Assembly: GCA_963422735.1 (NCBI GenBank)
Contig: OY730476.1
Span: 608,001-672,000, forward strand
Reading direction: 5' to 3'
DNA: 64,000 nt
DNA from: Candidatus Latescibacterota bacterium
GTDB taxonomy: Bacteria; Latescibacterota; UBA2968; UBA8231
The notes under the pieces were generated by a model, which was given only the letters and a program-made list of their open reading frames with translations, searched no databases and was not told the origin of the DNA. Below are positions 40,923 through 49,472 of this stretch, piece by piece (position 1 is the first letter of the stretch; every line of letters begins with the position of its first letter). Both the position numbers and the translations under genes were made by a program.

Positions 40923-42365
40923 ATGGGCTTGCGTAGTGCCGCCAAATTTAAAGAGGGCTTGCGCGACGGGCGCGAGGTGTATCATCGGGGGGAGCGGGTC
41001 GAAGACGTAACCGCGCATGACGACTTGGGAATTGGGGTGGATCACGTCGCCTTGGACTTTGAACTGGCCGAGGATCTAGCACACCGCGATCTGATGACTT
41101 GGATGGATGGAGAGTTGGGCGAACCGGTCAGTCGCTACTTTAAGACGCCGACGGATGCCGCGGATTTGCTCAACCGACGCGAGATGATTGAGCGTTCGAC
41201 GCGGCTGGGTAGCAGCGTGGTGTTGCTAATCAAGGAAATCGGCACCGATGCGCTCTTTGCCCTCGACTTGATCTCCGATCATTTGGACCAAAATGCTGGT
41301 GGGCAATACAACGCGCGCGTACAATCCTTCCACCGAGAGTGCAAGCAGTGCGACCTGAGCTTGGCAGTGGCCCAAACCGACGTAAAGGGCGACCGCAGTC
41401 TCTTGCCCTCGCAGCAAGCGCATCCCGACTACTATGTCCACATTGTCGAGGAGCGTAGCGATGGCATCGTGGTGCGCGGAGCCAAAGCCCATACGACATG
41501 CGCCCCGTATGTCGATGAACTCATCGTCTTGCCGACCCGTGCGCTCAAGGAGGCGGACGCGGCCTACGCTGTCGCCTTTGCCACACCGGTCAATACCCCA
41601 GGGATCAAGTTGATTGCCAGCCCCTTTGGCTCGCCTCCGGTGAGCCAGTTCCACCATCCCGTCAGTTACAAGCACCGCATGATCGACACGCTGACGATCT
41701 TCGACGATGTTTTTATTCCCAACGAGCGCGTCTTCCTCAAAGGGGAGTGGCAATACGCCGGGCCGCTGGCCAACGCCTTTGTCGAATTTCACCGTTTTAC
41801 GGCCGCCTCCTACAAACCGCCGCTTTGCGACCTCTTTATCGGGGCGGCGGCGCTCCTAGCCCAGTATAACGGCATCGCCAAGGCCGGCCACGTGCGCGAG
41901 AAACTGACCAAGCTCATCACCTATGCCGAGACCGTCCGAGGGCTGACCTTGGCCGCGGCCCACGATTGTCGCATTGCTGCAAACGGCACGGCCGTACCCA
42001 ATATCGTCTTCACCAACTTGGCCAAATTTCACTTTGCCAAGAACTATCACCAAGCCGTGTCTTGGGTCCAGGACATCGCCGGGGGGCTGGTGGTCACCGG
42101 GCCGTCGGAAGAGGATCTAGCCAATCCCGAGACCAAGGGTTATATCGAACACTTCTTGGGCGGTGGAAGCAGGGTCGATGCCGCAGCGCGGCTGAAGGCG
42201 ATCAACTTGGTGCGCGATCTGACAGCTTCAACTTTTGGCGGTTATAATGAGCTGCTGGCCATTCACGCTGAAGGCTCGTTGGAAACCCAGAAAATCACCA
42301 TACTACGCGATTACGACGTCGAGCGCTGTCTCCGGCTGGCCAAAGAGGCCATTGGCATAGATTGA
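40923..42365 (+). CDS. 4-hydroxyphenylacetate 3-hydroxylase / 4-hydroxybutyryl-CoA dehydratase family protein
   Basis: LRDGREVY..GERV.DV..H, AQTDVKGDRS, DGIVVRGAKAH, FDDVFIP.ERVF, HAEGS. Confidence 0.88.
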   Translation: MGLRSAAKFKEGLRDGREVYHRGERVEDVTAHDDLGIGVDHVALDFELAEDLAHRDLMTWMDGELGEPVSRYFKTPTDAADLLNRREMIERSTRLGSSVVLLIKEIGTDALFALDLISDHLDQNAGGQYNARVQSFHRECKQCDLSLAVAQTDVKGDRSLLPSQQAHPDYYVHIVEERSDGIVVRGAKAHTTCAPYVDELIVLPTRALKEADAAYAVAFATPVNTPGIKLIASPFGSPPVSQFHHPVSYKHRMIDTLTIFDDVFIPNERVFLKGEWQYAGPLANAFVEFHRFTAASYKPPLCDLFIGAAALLAQYNGIAKAGHVREKLTKLITYAETVRGLTLAAAHDCRIAANGTAVPNIVFTNLAKFHFAKNYHQAVSWVQDIAGGLVVTGPSEEDLANPETKGYIEHFLGGGSRVDAAARLKAINLVRDLTASTFGGYNELLAIHAEGSLETQKITILRDYDVERCLRLAKEAIGID

Positions 42366-42393
42366 GCCAAATAAATACATTAAAAAATAAGAG

Positions 42394-42422
42394 TTGATAA
42401 TATCGCATTCAGGCCCTATATT
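42394..42422 (+). promoter_or_regulatory. sigma70 promoter for sigma factor gene
   Basis: TTGATA-17 nt-TATATT with AT-rich UP element. Confidence 0.55.
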
Positions 42423-42562
42423 GAGCCGAATCCTCTGCTATTCGTTTCGGATGTACTCCCCCCCACATCCGAAACTCCCTACTCATCCATCAGGTGCCAT
42501 CATAGCTTAATGCAGCCATGAGTCCCCATGCTGGCTCATTAGCAAGTAGGAGGCGTCAAGTT

Positions 42563-43408
42563 ATGACTACCTTGCAGACCGATTCTATTGTGGATCAGTA
42601 TTTCCACGAGATCGAGGATTCTGTTGGGCTATCGTCCGAAGCCGAAGTGGCCATCGCTCAACAAATAAAAGAGGGCGATGAGGAGGCATTGTCCGATTTG
42701 GTTAAAGCCAATCTGCGCTTTGTCGTAAGCGTGGCGAAGCAATATCAGAATCTGGGCTTGCCGCTTTCGGATTTGATCAACGAGGGGAACTTGGGGCTTA
42801 TCATCGCCGCCAAGCGCTTTGACGGCACCAAAGGCTTCAAATTCATCTCCTATGCGGTGTGGTGGATCCGCCAGTCGATCCTGCAAGCGTTGGCCAATCA
42901 GTCGCGCATCGTGCGGCTGCCGCTAAATCGCATCGGCGAGTTGACACGCATCAACAGAGTACTCAACAAGCTCGAACAGGGGCTGGGGCGTCCCCCGGAA
43001 GCAGATGAAATAGCCGAAGAGCTAGAGGTCGAACCCGGCGATATGGATTTCCTGTTGCGGTTGGCCCAAAGGCCGGTTTCGCTGGAGATGCCCTGCGACG
43101 AATCCGAACCGGATCGCTGTTTCGGCGATCTGATTCCCGACCACAGCCAGCCTTCCAGCGACGAGACGCTCTCCACCGACGAGCTCAAAGCGGAAATTTT
43201 CAACGCCATGCACTCCCTGACCGAGGGCGAGGCGCGCGTCTTAAAGATGTATTACGGATTGGATGGGCACGATCCGATGACCTTGGAGAAGATCGGGGCC
43301 TATGTCGGGCGTACGCGGGAGCGGGTGCGGCAAATCAAGGAAAAGGCCCTGCAGAAGCTCCGTCATCCCGCTCGCTGCGACTCCCTCAAGGAGTACTACG
43401 CGGATTAA
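42563..43408 (+). CDS. RpoD/RpoS-family sigma70 factor lacking region 1.1
   Basis: ANLRFVVSVAKQY, DLINEGNLGL, FKFISYAVWWIRQSI, R.VRLP.N, TRERVRQIKEKAL; RBS AGGAGG. Confidence 0.93.
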   Translation: MTTLQTDSIVDQYFHEIEDSVGLSSEAEVAIAQQIKEGDEEALSDLVKANLRFVVSVAKQYQNLGLPLSDLINEGNLGLIIAAKRFDGTKGFKFISYAVWWIRQSILQALANQSRIVRLPLNRIGELTRINRVLNKLEQGLGRPPEADEIAEELEVEPGDMDFLLRLAQRPVSLEMPCDESEPDRCFGDLIPDHSQPSSDETLSTDELKAEIFNAMHSLTEGEARVLKMYYGLDGHDPMTLEKIGAYVGRTRERVRQIKEKALQKLRHPARCDSLKEYYAD

Positions 43409-43440
43409 GCGTCCGCAGGCGGCTGGCGTCTCGGCCTTAT

Positions 43441-43469
43441 TTGATTTTTGCCCGAGTTTTCGTTAGTAT
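43441..43469 (+). promoter_or_regulatory. promoter for tRNA-Asn
   Basis: TTGATT-17 nt-TAGTAT. Confidence 0.5.
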
Positions 43470-43479
43470 ATTTGTCCAT

Positions 43480-43555
43480 TCCGCGGTAGCTCAGCTGGCA
43501 GAGCGGGTGGCTGTTAACCACTTGGTCGTAGGTTCGAATCCTACCCGCGGAGCCA
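43480..43555 (+). tRNA. tRNA-Asn (anticodon GTT)
   Basis: TCCGCGG acceptor stem, GGTGG-CT GTT AA-CCACT arm, GTTCGAATC, encoded CCA; 76 nt. Confidence 0.96.
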
Positions 43556-43588
43556 ATTTTTCGACCGTCAACACCTGCGGCTCTATAG

Positions 43589-43636
43589 TTAATGAAAAGA
43601 CCCCGAAGGGCGATCCTCTCGGGGTCTTTTCGTTAA
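43589..43636 (+). terminator. rho-independent terminator after tRNA-Asn
   Basis: GAAAAGACCCCGA...TCGGGGTCTTTTC long stem. Confidence 0.8.
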
Positions 43637-43772
43637 TGGCGTATTATCAAGGACTTACACCTCCCCACCCATCCACTATCGTTCTCTGGTTCGCCAAGTC
43701 CACAAGCAGGAGCCGCTCATCCTCGCGGCGTTCGGCATCAGCGAGACCCGGCAGCGGAACCACACCCTACCG

Positions 43773-43964
43773 GTGCGCGACGACCTAATCCGCGACATCG
43801 GGACCACGGACCAGCTCAACCGCTTCGACCGGCCCGCAGTCATCGAGATCGCCGAATTCCTCGGCTTCCACGAGACGGTCCGCTGGATCGAAGCGCACCA
43901 CGGCCAATACGCCGAAGGGCTGTTCAAGGGGTTCGTGGTCGACAATAAAGAAGGGAAACGCTGA
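43773..43964 (+). pseudogene. DUF5049-like phage protein fragment
   Basis: IRD.G...N.FDRP.V..IA..LGF.E...WIE.H...Y...LF.G. Confidence 0.5.
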
Positions 43965-44168
43965 TGTGCGGGCAGGCTGGCATCATCTTGGGTCAGAAGC
44001 GGCGGTGCGCCATCCTCTATGCCTCCGATTCCGCATACTTGGATGGGGAGCGCGTCTGGTGCGAGCTGGGCATTCCTCCGATGAGCTTGACGGTGTTTCC
44101 GGCACCGGATGCTGACGGACTTCTCGATTGAGCCGTTGGAGTTCGTCGCGCAGGCCAGGACCGTCTAA
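43964..44168 (+). pseudogene. class II glutamine amidotransferase-like gene, internally deleted
   Basis: MCGQAGII start coupled to upstream TGA, jumping to C-terminal-like LYASD...PPMSL.VF with a frameshift. Confidence 0.45.
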
Positions 44169-44230
44169 ACCTTTGGCGGACGGGCGCGACCCGCTGTCTT
44201 GGGAGGCGGTGCTTTCCGGGATGTGCCGGC

Positions 44231-44640
44231 TCAAGAAAGCTCAGTCCGGGCACTTTCCACCTCGCCAGCGTCGATCTCGGCGGCGTCAGCCCCCGCGATC
44301 TGGTCCGCCAACATCTGCCCGTACGGCGGGAAACTGGAGCGTTCAACTCGCGTCTCCGGCTCCCAGAGCCGCGCTCGAACAAGGGCCTTGGCGCAGTGAA
44401 GGAATGCTTCTTCTACCCCCACCTTGAGGACAAAGATGGGCAACCTGCCTGGATGGCCAAAGGCTTCAGCCGTTCCGGGTCGGTGGAAATCTCCGCCAGC
44501 CGGTTGATCCGAAGCGTCTCGTTCATCCCCGGCATGAAGAACACCGAGCCCACGTAGGGGCGTTCGACCAAGTTCATCAACGTGTCCGCTTGACGGTTTC
44601 CGGGCCGGTTGGGCAGTAGCAACGTCTTGTTGTCGAGTTA
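44231..44640 (-). pseudogene. pyridoxamine 5'-phosphate oxidase-like FMN-binding protein, 5'-truncated and frameshifted
   Basis: LLLP.RPGN...DT..N....P.VG..F..PG..ETLRIN in one frame, EEAFLHCAKALVR..LW in another. Confidence 0.7.
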
Positions 44641-44734
44641 CGTAAGCAAGAAACTCGCGCCACGCAGGTGACATAATCCCGATCCAGCCGATCCGGTCGT
44701 TTGCGTTTGCGCAACGGGCTAAAGGCCCCGCGCT

Positions 44735-45790
44735 TCATTCAAAGAGGGCAGCGTATTCGCCATAGCCTTCCTTGGCTAAATCTTCGACGAGAATAAAACG
44801 CAAGGCCGCCGAATTGATGCAGTAGCGTAGCCCGGTGGGGGCCGGGCCGTCGGCAAAGACGTGCCCGAGATGCGAGTCGGCGTATTTGCTGCGGACCTCG
44901 ACGCGGGTCATAAACAGCGAATTGTCGGTGTGTTCAACGATGTGATCCGGCTCTAGGGGCTGGGTAAAGCTAGGCCAGCCAGTACCGGATTTGAACTTGT
45001 GCTGCGAGCTAAAAAGGGGTTCGCCAGAAACGATATCGACGTAGATGCCCGCTGTCTTGTTGTCCCAATACAAGTTGTGGAAGGGTCGCTCGGTGGCGTT
45101 TTCCTGCGTGACCCGAAATTGCAAGTCCGTGAGCTTGGTGTGCAAGGTGTTGATGGGAAGTTTAGCGTATTGGGCACTGGCCGTTAAGGCCGGGAGGTCT
45201 TTGTCCCACGTCTCTTCGATAAAGCGGTCGCGGCCTGATCCCCGGCGATAGCGCTTGTAGTGCTGGGGGCTCTGTAGGTAGTAGTCTTGGTGGTACTCCT
45301 CGGCCGGATAAAAGGTGGTGGCTGGGCGGATGGGTGTAACGATGGGTTTGTCAAAGCGTCCCGACGCGTCGAGGGCTTGTTTGCTGGCTTCGGCTAAGGT
45401 GCGTTGCTCTTCGTCGTGGTAAAATATGGCCGAGGTATATTGATGGCCGCGGTCGTAAAAGGACCCTCCTCGATCGGTGGGATCGAACTGACGCCAGTAG
45501 ATGTCGAGGAGCTGGCTATAGGAGACGACCTCGGGGTCAAAGATGACCAGTACGGACTCTATGTGCTTGGTCGCGCCGGAGCTGACTTGCTTGTAAGTCG
45601 GGTTTACGCGCTCGCCGCCGGTGTAGCCGGAAACGGCTGAAATGACCCCCTCGACCTTGTCAAAAGGTGCTTCGATGCACCAGAAACATCCCCCGGCAAA
45701 CGTCGCTTGGGCGTAGTTTTGGGCGCGACTGGTTTGAATGCTAAGCACACACAGGGCCGCGCCGGTCAGAATGAGTAGTTTGGCGTTCAT
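44735..45790 (-). CDS. msrAB: exported bifunctional methionine sulfoxide reductase MsrA/MsrB
   Basis: signal peptide; [17 protein letters not shown]; GWPSF, SHLGHVF.DGP...GLRYCINS. Confidence 0.95.
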   Translation of the reverse strand: MNAKLLILTGAALCVLSIQTSRAQNYAQATFAGGCFWCIEAPFDKVEGVISAVSGYTGGERVNPTYKQVSSGATKHIESVLVIFDPEVVSYSQLLDIYWRQFDPTDRGGSFYDRGHQYTSAIFYHDEEQRTLAEASKQALDASGRFDKPIVTPIRPATTFYPAEEYHQDYYLQSPQHYKRYRRGSGRDRFIEETWDKDLPALTASAQYAKLPINTLHTKLTDLQFRVTQENATERPFHNLYWDNKTAGIYVDIVSGEPLFSSQHKFKSGTGWPSFTQPLEPDHIVEHTDNSLFMTRVEVRSKYADSHLGHVFADGPAPTGLRYCINSAALRFILVEDLAKEGYGEYAALFE

Positions 45791-45818
45791 GGCTCCTCCT
45801 TTTGAGTTGGTTTTTTAT

Positions 45819-45845
45819 AAACGCTCCAAGTATGCCAAAAGGTTC
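45819..45845 (-). promoter_or_regulatory. possible ECF sigma promoter for msrAB
   Basis: GAACC-17 nt-CGTTT about 28 nt upstream of the ATG. Confidence 0.4.
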
Positions 45846-45959
45846 GCAATATGTAAGAAGCGGTCTGAACATTAGTCTGCACAAAAAGTGCGCCGGAAGA
45901 AAGTTGACAGCCTATGCGAAAACAGCCTTATTTTCGCGCTCTAAGTTCGCAGTAGGACG

Positions 45960-46472
45960 ATGAACGAGGGTACCCAAACAACCGTCAAAGTGCTGCGCGA
46001 GCAGCTAGTGAACGCACGCCAGGTACGCGACTTGGGCTTGTTGCGCGATGTGGAGGAGGGATTGCGCCAGCTATGCGCGGTCGGCTACCGCTGTTGTCTG
46101 GTCGATTTCGATAGCTGCCGGCTGCGCTATTACGTCCGCCTCTTGGGCTACGAACAGGCGCGGGTCAAAGCGCAGATCGAGTTTCCCATCTCCCAAGACG
46201 TCGCCCCGGTGCAGTGGCTGCCACTGTCGCATCTAGCCGATTACGGAGAGGCCGAGAATGCCCAAAGCATTCGCCGCATATACGAGGGGATGGCCCACTA
46301 CATCCAACATAAGTCGCCGACGCTGCAAGTGGGGACGCTGGCTCTCAGTCGGCCTAGGCGGCAACCGCCTAAAAGACCGCAACGACGCACGCAAAACAGG
46401 GTTTGGTTTTACTTGGGCGGCTTGGTCGCATTAGCGGTCCTCGCCAGCCTCATTGCTTGGGGGAGCCTGTGA
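45960..46472 (+). CDS. hypothetical protein with C-terminal TM anchor
   Basis: AGGA RBS, 170-aa ORF, basic stretch then hydrophobic tail. Confidence 0.7.
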   Translation: MNEGTQTTVKVLREQLVNARQVRDLGLLRDVEEGLRQLCAVGYRCCLVDFDSCRLRYYVRLLGYEQARVKAQIEFPISQDVAPVQWLPLSHLADYGEAENAQSIRRIYEGMAHYIQHKSPTLQVGTLALSRPRRQPPKRPQRRTQNRVWFYLGGLVALAVLASLIAWGSL

Positions 46473-47134
46473 TGATAAAGAACAATTTTCGACCTTGGGG
46501 CCGATCTGTGTGGAGATGTGCTTGGATCCTCGGGGTTATCGGGTGCAGCCAAAATTTCAGCGACGAGGAGCCGGCGGCGGCCATGGCCGAGCGGGGATTC
46601 GTCGCCCGGTCCACAACGCCAACCAGTACGACGCCAGCGTACCCTTTGGGTCAGGCGAGTGGACGACAGGCGCTGGGGCCTCTCAGTGCGGTGGCCCCCA
46701 AGGGTTGGGTGGCGCAGCAGCCGTCCAGCTCCATGCGGGTGGCCCAATACGGCCTCCCCGGCCCGGCCGGAGAAGCGACGCTGGGCATATTTTTCTTCGG
46801 CCCGGGGCAAGGCGGAAGCGTAGAGGCCAACATCGATCGTTGGTTCGGCCAGTTCAAGCAGAAGGACGGCCAGCCGGCCCAAGGCCGGCGTTGGACGCGG
46901 CAGGTGGGGGAGATCGAAATAACCGGAGTTGATGTCAGCGGCACCTTCTCCGGGGGAATGGGGATGGGGAGCGCGGAGCCCCAATCCGGATACCGGATGC
47001 TCGGGGCCATAGCTGTCCACCGCTCGGGCACGGTGTTTTTCAAGATGATTGGACCGGCCCAGACCGTCGAACAATGGGCCGCCAGCTTTGATGAGTTCTT
47101 AGGCAGTTTACAAGTTGGCTTACTCGAGCCTTGA
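46472..47134 (+). CDS. hypothetical lipoprotein
   Basis: lipobox-like VIGC; P.GW....SSMR.AQY, GQGGSVEANIDRW.GQF, FFK..GP. Confidence 0.7.
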   Translation: MIKNNFRPWGRSVWRCAWILGVIGCSQNFSDEEPAAAMAERGFVARSTTPTSTTPAYPLGQASGRQALGPLSAVAPKGWVAQQPSSSMRVAQYGLPGPAGEATLGIFFFGPGQGGSVEANIDRWFGQFKQKDGQPAQGRRWTRQVGEIEITGVDVSGTFSGGMGMGSAEPQSGYRMLGAIAVHRSGTVFFKMIGPAQTVEQWAASFDEFLGSLQVGLLEP

Positions 47135-47146
47135 ATGTGAGGGAAC

Positions 47147-47989
47147 ATGTACACGCAATTAGAAGACGAGTTTGGCGACATCATTGCCAAGGCCCGGCGT
47201 GGACAGGAGATTTCGGTCACAGCACTGGCAGCTCAGGTAGGATTGACAGCCGAGGATATTGCAGGGATCGAAAATTACGAGATCGTCCCGGCTTCAGATA
47301 CCATAGAGCGGCTGGCCCAAGCCCTCGGGTTGCACCCGGGCAAGTTGCAGGCAAGCGCAGCGCAGGCATTTTTCCCGCGCCATCCGGCGGGTCGCTCAAT
47401 GGCCGGGGTGCAAGTGGAAATGATGGTGCTCGGCAGCGGCTTTCTGATGAACGGCTACATTGTCGGCTGTGCGGCAACGGGACAAGCTGCGGTCATAGAC
47501 CCAGGGTTCGACGCGGATAAAATTCTCCAGTGCTTGGCCATCTCTGGGCTAAAGGTCGAACAGATATTGCTGACGCACGGCCACCAAGACCACATCGGCG
47601 CCCTCGCCGAGATTAGTCGCGCCACGGGCGCACCGGCGCGGATCCACCGCGGCGACTTGGCCCTAATGGGCAGCTTGGCCGCTCAGATAGTAGGTGAACT
47701 AGAAGAAGGCGAAGTCGTGCACATCGGCAAATTGCGCTTTGAGGTTTGCTCCACACCTGGGCATACTGCGGGTGGCATCAGCTTAGTCCACGAGGAAATG
47801 GCCTTTGTCGGGGACGCGCTTTTCGCCGGTTCGCTCGGGGGCCTTCGCAGTGTGGCTAACTACCGGATGCAGCACCAAGCAGTGGCCGAGAAGCTACTCG
47901 GTCTAGACGAAGAAACCGCGCTCTTCCCCGGGCACGGGCCGGCGACTACAGTCGGCGAAGAAAAGGCGCACAACCCGTTTTTCTTATAA
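47147..47989 (+). CDS. XRE-type HTH fused to MBL-fold (glyoxalase II-like) hydrolase
   Basis: II.KAR......LA..VG.....I..IE...LAQALG; THGHQDH, TPGHT, GDALF, PGHGP.TT...E...NPF. Confidence 0.88.
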   Translation: MYTQLEDEFGDIIAKARRGQEISVTALAAQVGLTAEDIAGIENYEIVPASDTIERLAQALGLHPGKLQASAAQAFFPRHPAGRSMAGVQVEMMVLGSGFLMNGYIVGCAATGQAAVIDPGFDADKILQCLAISGLKVEQILLTHGHQDHIGALAEISRATGAPARIHRGDLALMGSLAAQIVGELEEGEVVHIGKLRFEVCSTPGHTAGGISLVHEEMAFVGDALFAGSLGGLRSVANYRMQHQAVAEKLLGLDEETALFPGHGPATTVGEEKAHNPFFL

Positions 47990-48013
47990 GACGCCAAAAC
48001 GGCGTTGGGTCCA

Positions 48014-48829
48014 TTACGGGGGGTCTGCCGCTGGGCGGGGGCTGCCCGTTTCTTTTTCTTCATTGAGTGCCCAGTCGTAGTCGTTGTATTCGATGGCTAG
48101 GTCCTCGGTCAGCCCAGCGGCTAGGTCCGGGGGAAGGTCCGGGCGCAGGTAATTGACGATGGTGGGCATGTTCTCGGGATTGGGGCGGTCGGGCGGGAAC
48201 CAACCCGAGAAGTCTTTCCCGTACCAGTCGAGAATTTTGGACAGGTAGAGCCGCTTCTCTTGCAAGCGCACGTGGTTGGGGTCTTGGGCAAAGCGCGTTA
48301 GCGCTCGTTCCAAGCGGGCGTCGAGATCGGGGGCGGTAAAGGCTCGGTTTTCCAGTTGCGGGCAACTAAGGGCCGCGCAGTTGACTGCAAAGTGGATGCG
48401 CGGCTCTTGGTAGGTTGGGCGGATAATTTTGTTTTCAACGTGATCCAGCGTCATCTTGTGTCCCCCAGCGACAAAGGTCTGGCGGTTGAAAAAGCCGCCA
48501 AAGACAAAAGCGTCCTTGACGCTAGCGATGGGATAGGCGTCAATGACGCCTCGTAGGGTAAAGGCGTTGTACGCATTGATCCAGTAGGCCAGCTCGTGTT
48601 CACGGGTGGGGAAGCGGTCGGGATGGCTTTCGGGGCTGCAGTGGCCGAGGCTATCGACATAGGCGTCGAGTTGGGCACGGTTTTTGGCTAGGGCGGCGTA
48701 GCGGACTAAGCCTTGGTCATTGACGTACTCTTGCAGTACTTGGTCAAAGGGGCCGTGGTCAAAGGGCGGGGCCGCGCAAAGGGCGGCCGGGACGAGCAGC
48801 CACAAGGTCAGAAAATAAAGTGAGCGCAT
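48014..48829 (-). CDS. DUF547 domain secreted protein
   Basis: signal peptide; G.V.Y..L, LAYWINAYNA, L..VEN..IR, PRIHFAVNCAA.SCP, SKI.DWY..DF, YDW.LN. Confidence 0.9.
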   Translation of the reverse strand: MRSLYFLTLWLLVPAALCAAPPFDHGPFDQVLQEYVNDQGLVRYAALAKNRAQLDAYVDSLGHCSPESHPDRFPTREHELAYWINAYNAFTLRGVIDAYPIASVKDAFVFGGFFNRQTFVAGGHKMTLDHVENKIIRPTYQEPRIHFAVNCAALSCPQLENRAFTAPDLDARLERALTRFAQDPNHVRLQEKRLYLSKILDWYGKDFSGWFPPDRPNPENMPTIVNYLRPDLPPDLAAGLTEDLAIEYNDYDWALNEEKETGSPRPAADPP

Positions 48830-48995
48830 GGTTTTTCCAATGGGTTAGGATAGGGATGAAAATGCCTCCGCTAGGGGGCAATCTATATTATATTCGACGT
48901 TGTGCAATAACTCCACACGCCTTCCCAATTCTCCACTCACTCTACCCAGAATCTTTACAACCAGAACAGAATTAGAGAGGCGAGCCAATACAGTC

Positions 48996-49400
48996 ATGGG
49001 CGCGTCCATTCTGCCCGATATTTTGCGCGATGAAGGGGGCGATGTGGGCATGGCGGAGAATACCCTGCGGCGCAATTACCCCATGCGGTGCGTGCAAAAT
49101 GCGCGGTTCGGTTGCATTTTCAACCCTTGGTCCGATGGCGGGCGAGCGTTTCGCAATGAGTTCTAGAATGGCGGTCTTGGCAGGCGATGAAAGAAGCAGC
49201 GGCCAGCGATCCAGAATTGGCAGTGTGCAACCATTTGTTTACGTATCTCTTACTAGAAGAACTTTGCGACTTTGAGAACGACCCCAATGCGCTGAACAAC
49301 CTGATTGATGATCCCATGAAATTCAGGGTCTGAGAAATGCGCTTGAGGAATGGATGGTGGCGACAGGCGTCCGGCACTCAACGCGTTTCGTGGTCGCGCA
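48996..49400 (+). pseudogene. C-terminal remnant of a sulfatase (SGSH-like)
   Basis: fragments YPMRCVQNARFG.IFNPWSDG..FRNE(stop), EEL.DFENDPNALNNLIDDP, LRNALEEWMVATG across stops and frameshifts. Confidence 0.6.
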
Positions 49401-49472
49401 TCGCAGCAGGCACTGGATGATTTGATGGATTACCTAGCGGATGCGATTGGCAAGCATGCGGACGAATAGAGG

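Noticed and set aside
40923-42365. True AbfD marking a 4-hydroxybutyrate carbon-fixation cycle
   Set aside because: Fe-S ligand cysteines are absent
29396-45790. Selenocysteine or pyrrolysine recoding in redox genes (IscU-like, Prx, MsrAB)
   Set aside because: Catalytic positions use normal sense codons; no in-frame TGA or TAG
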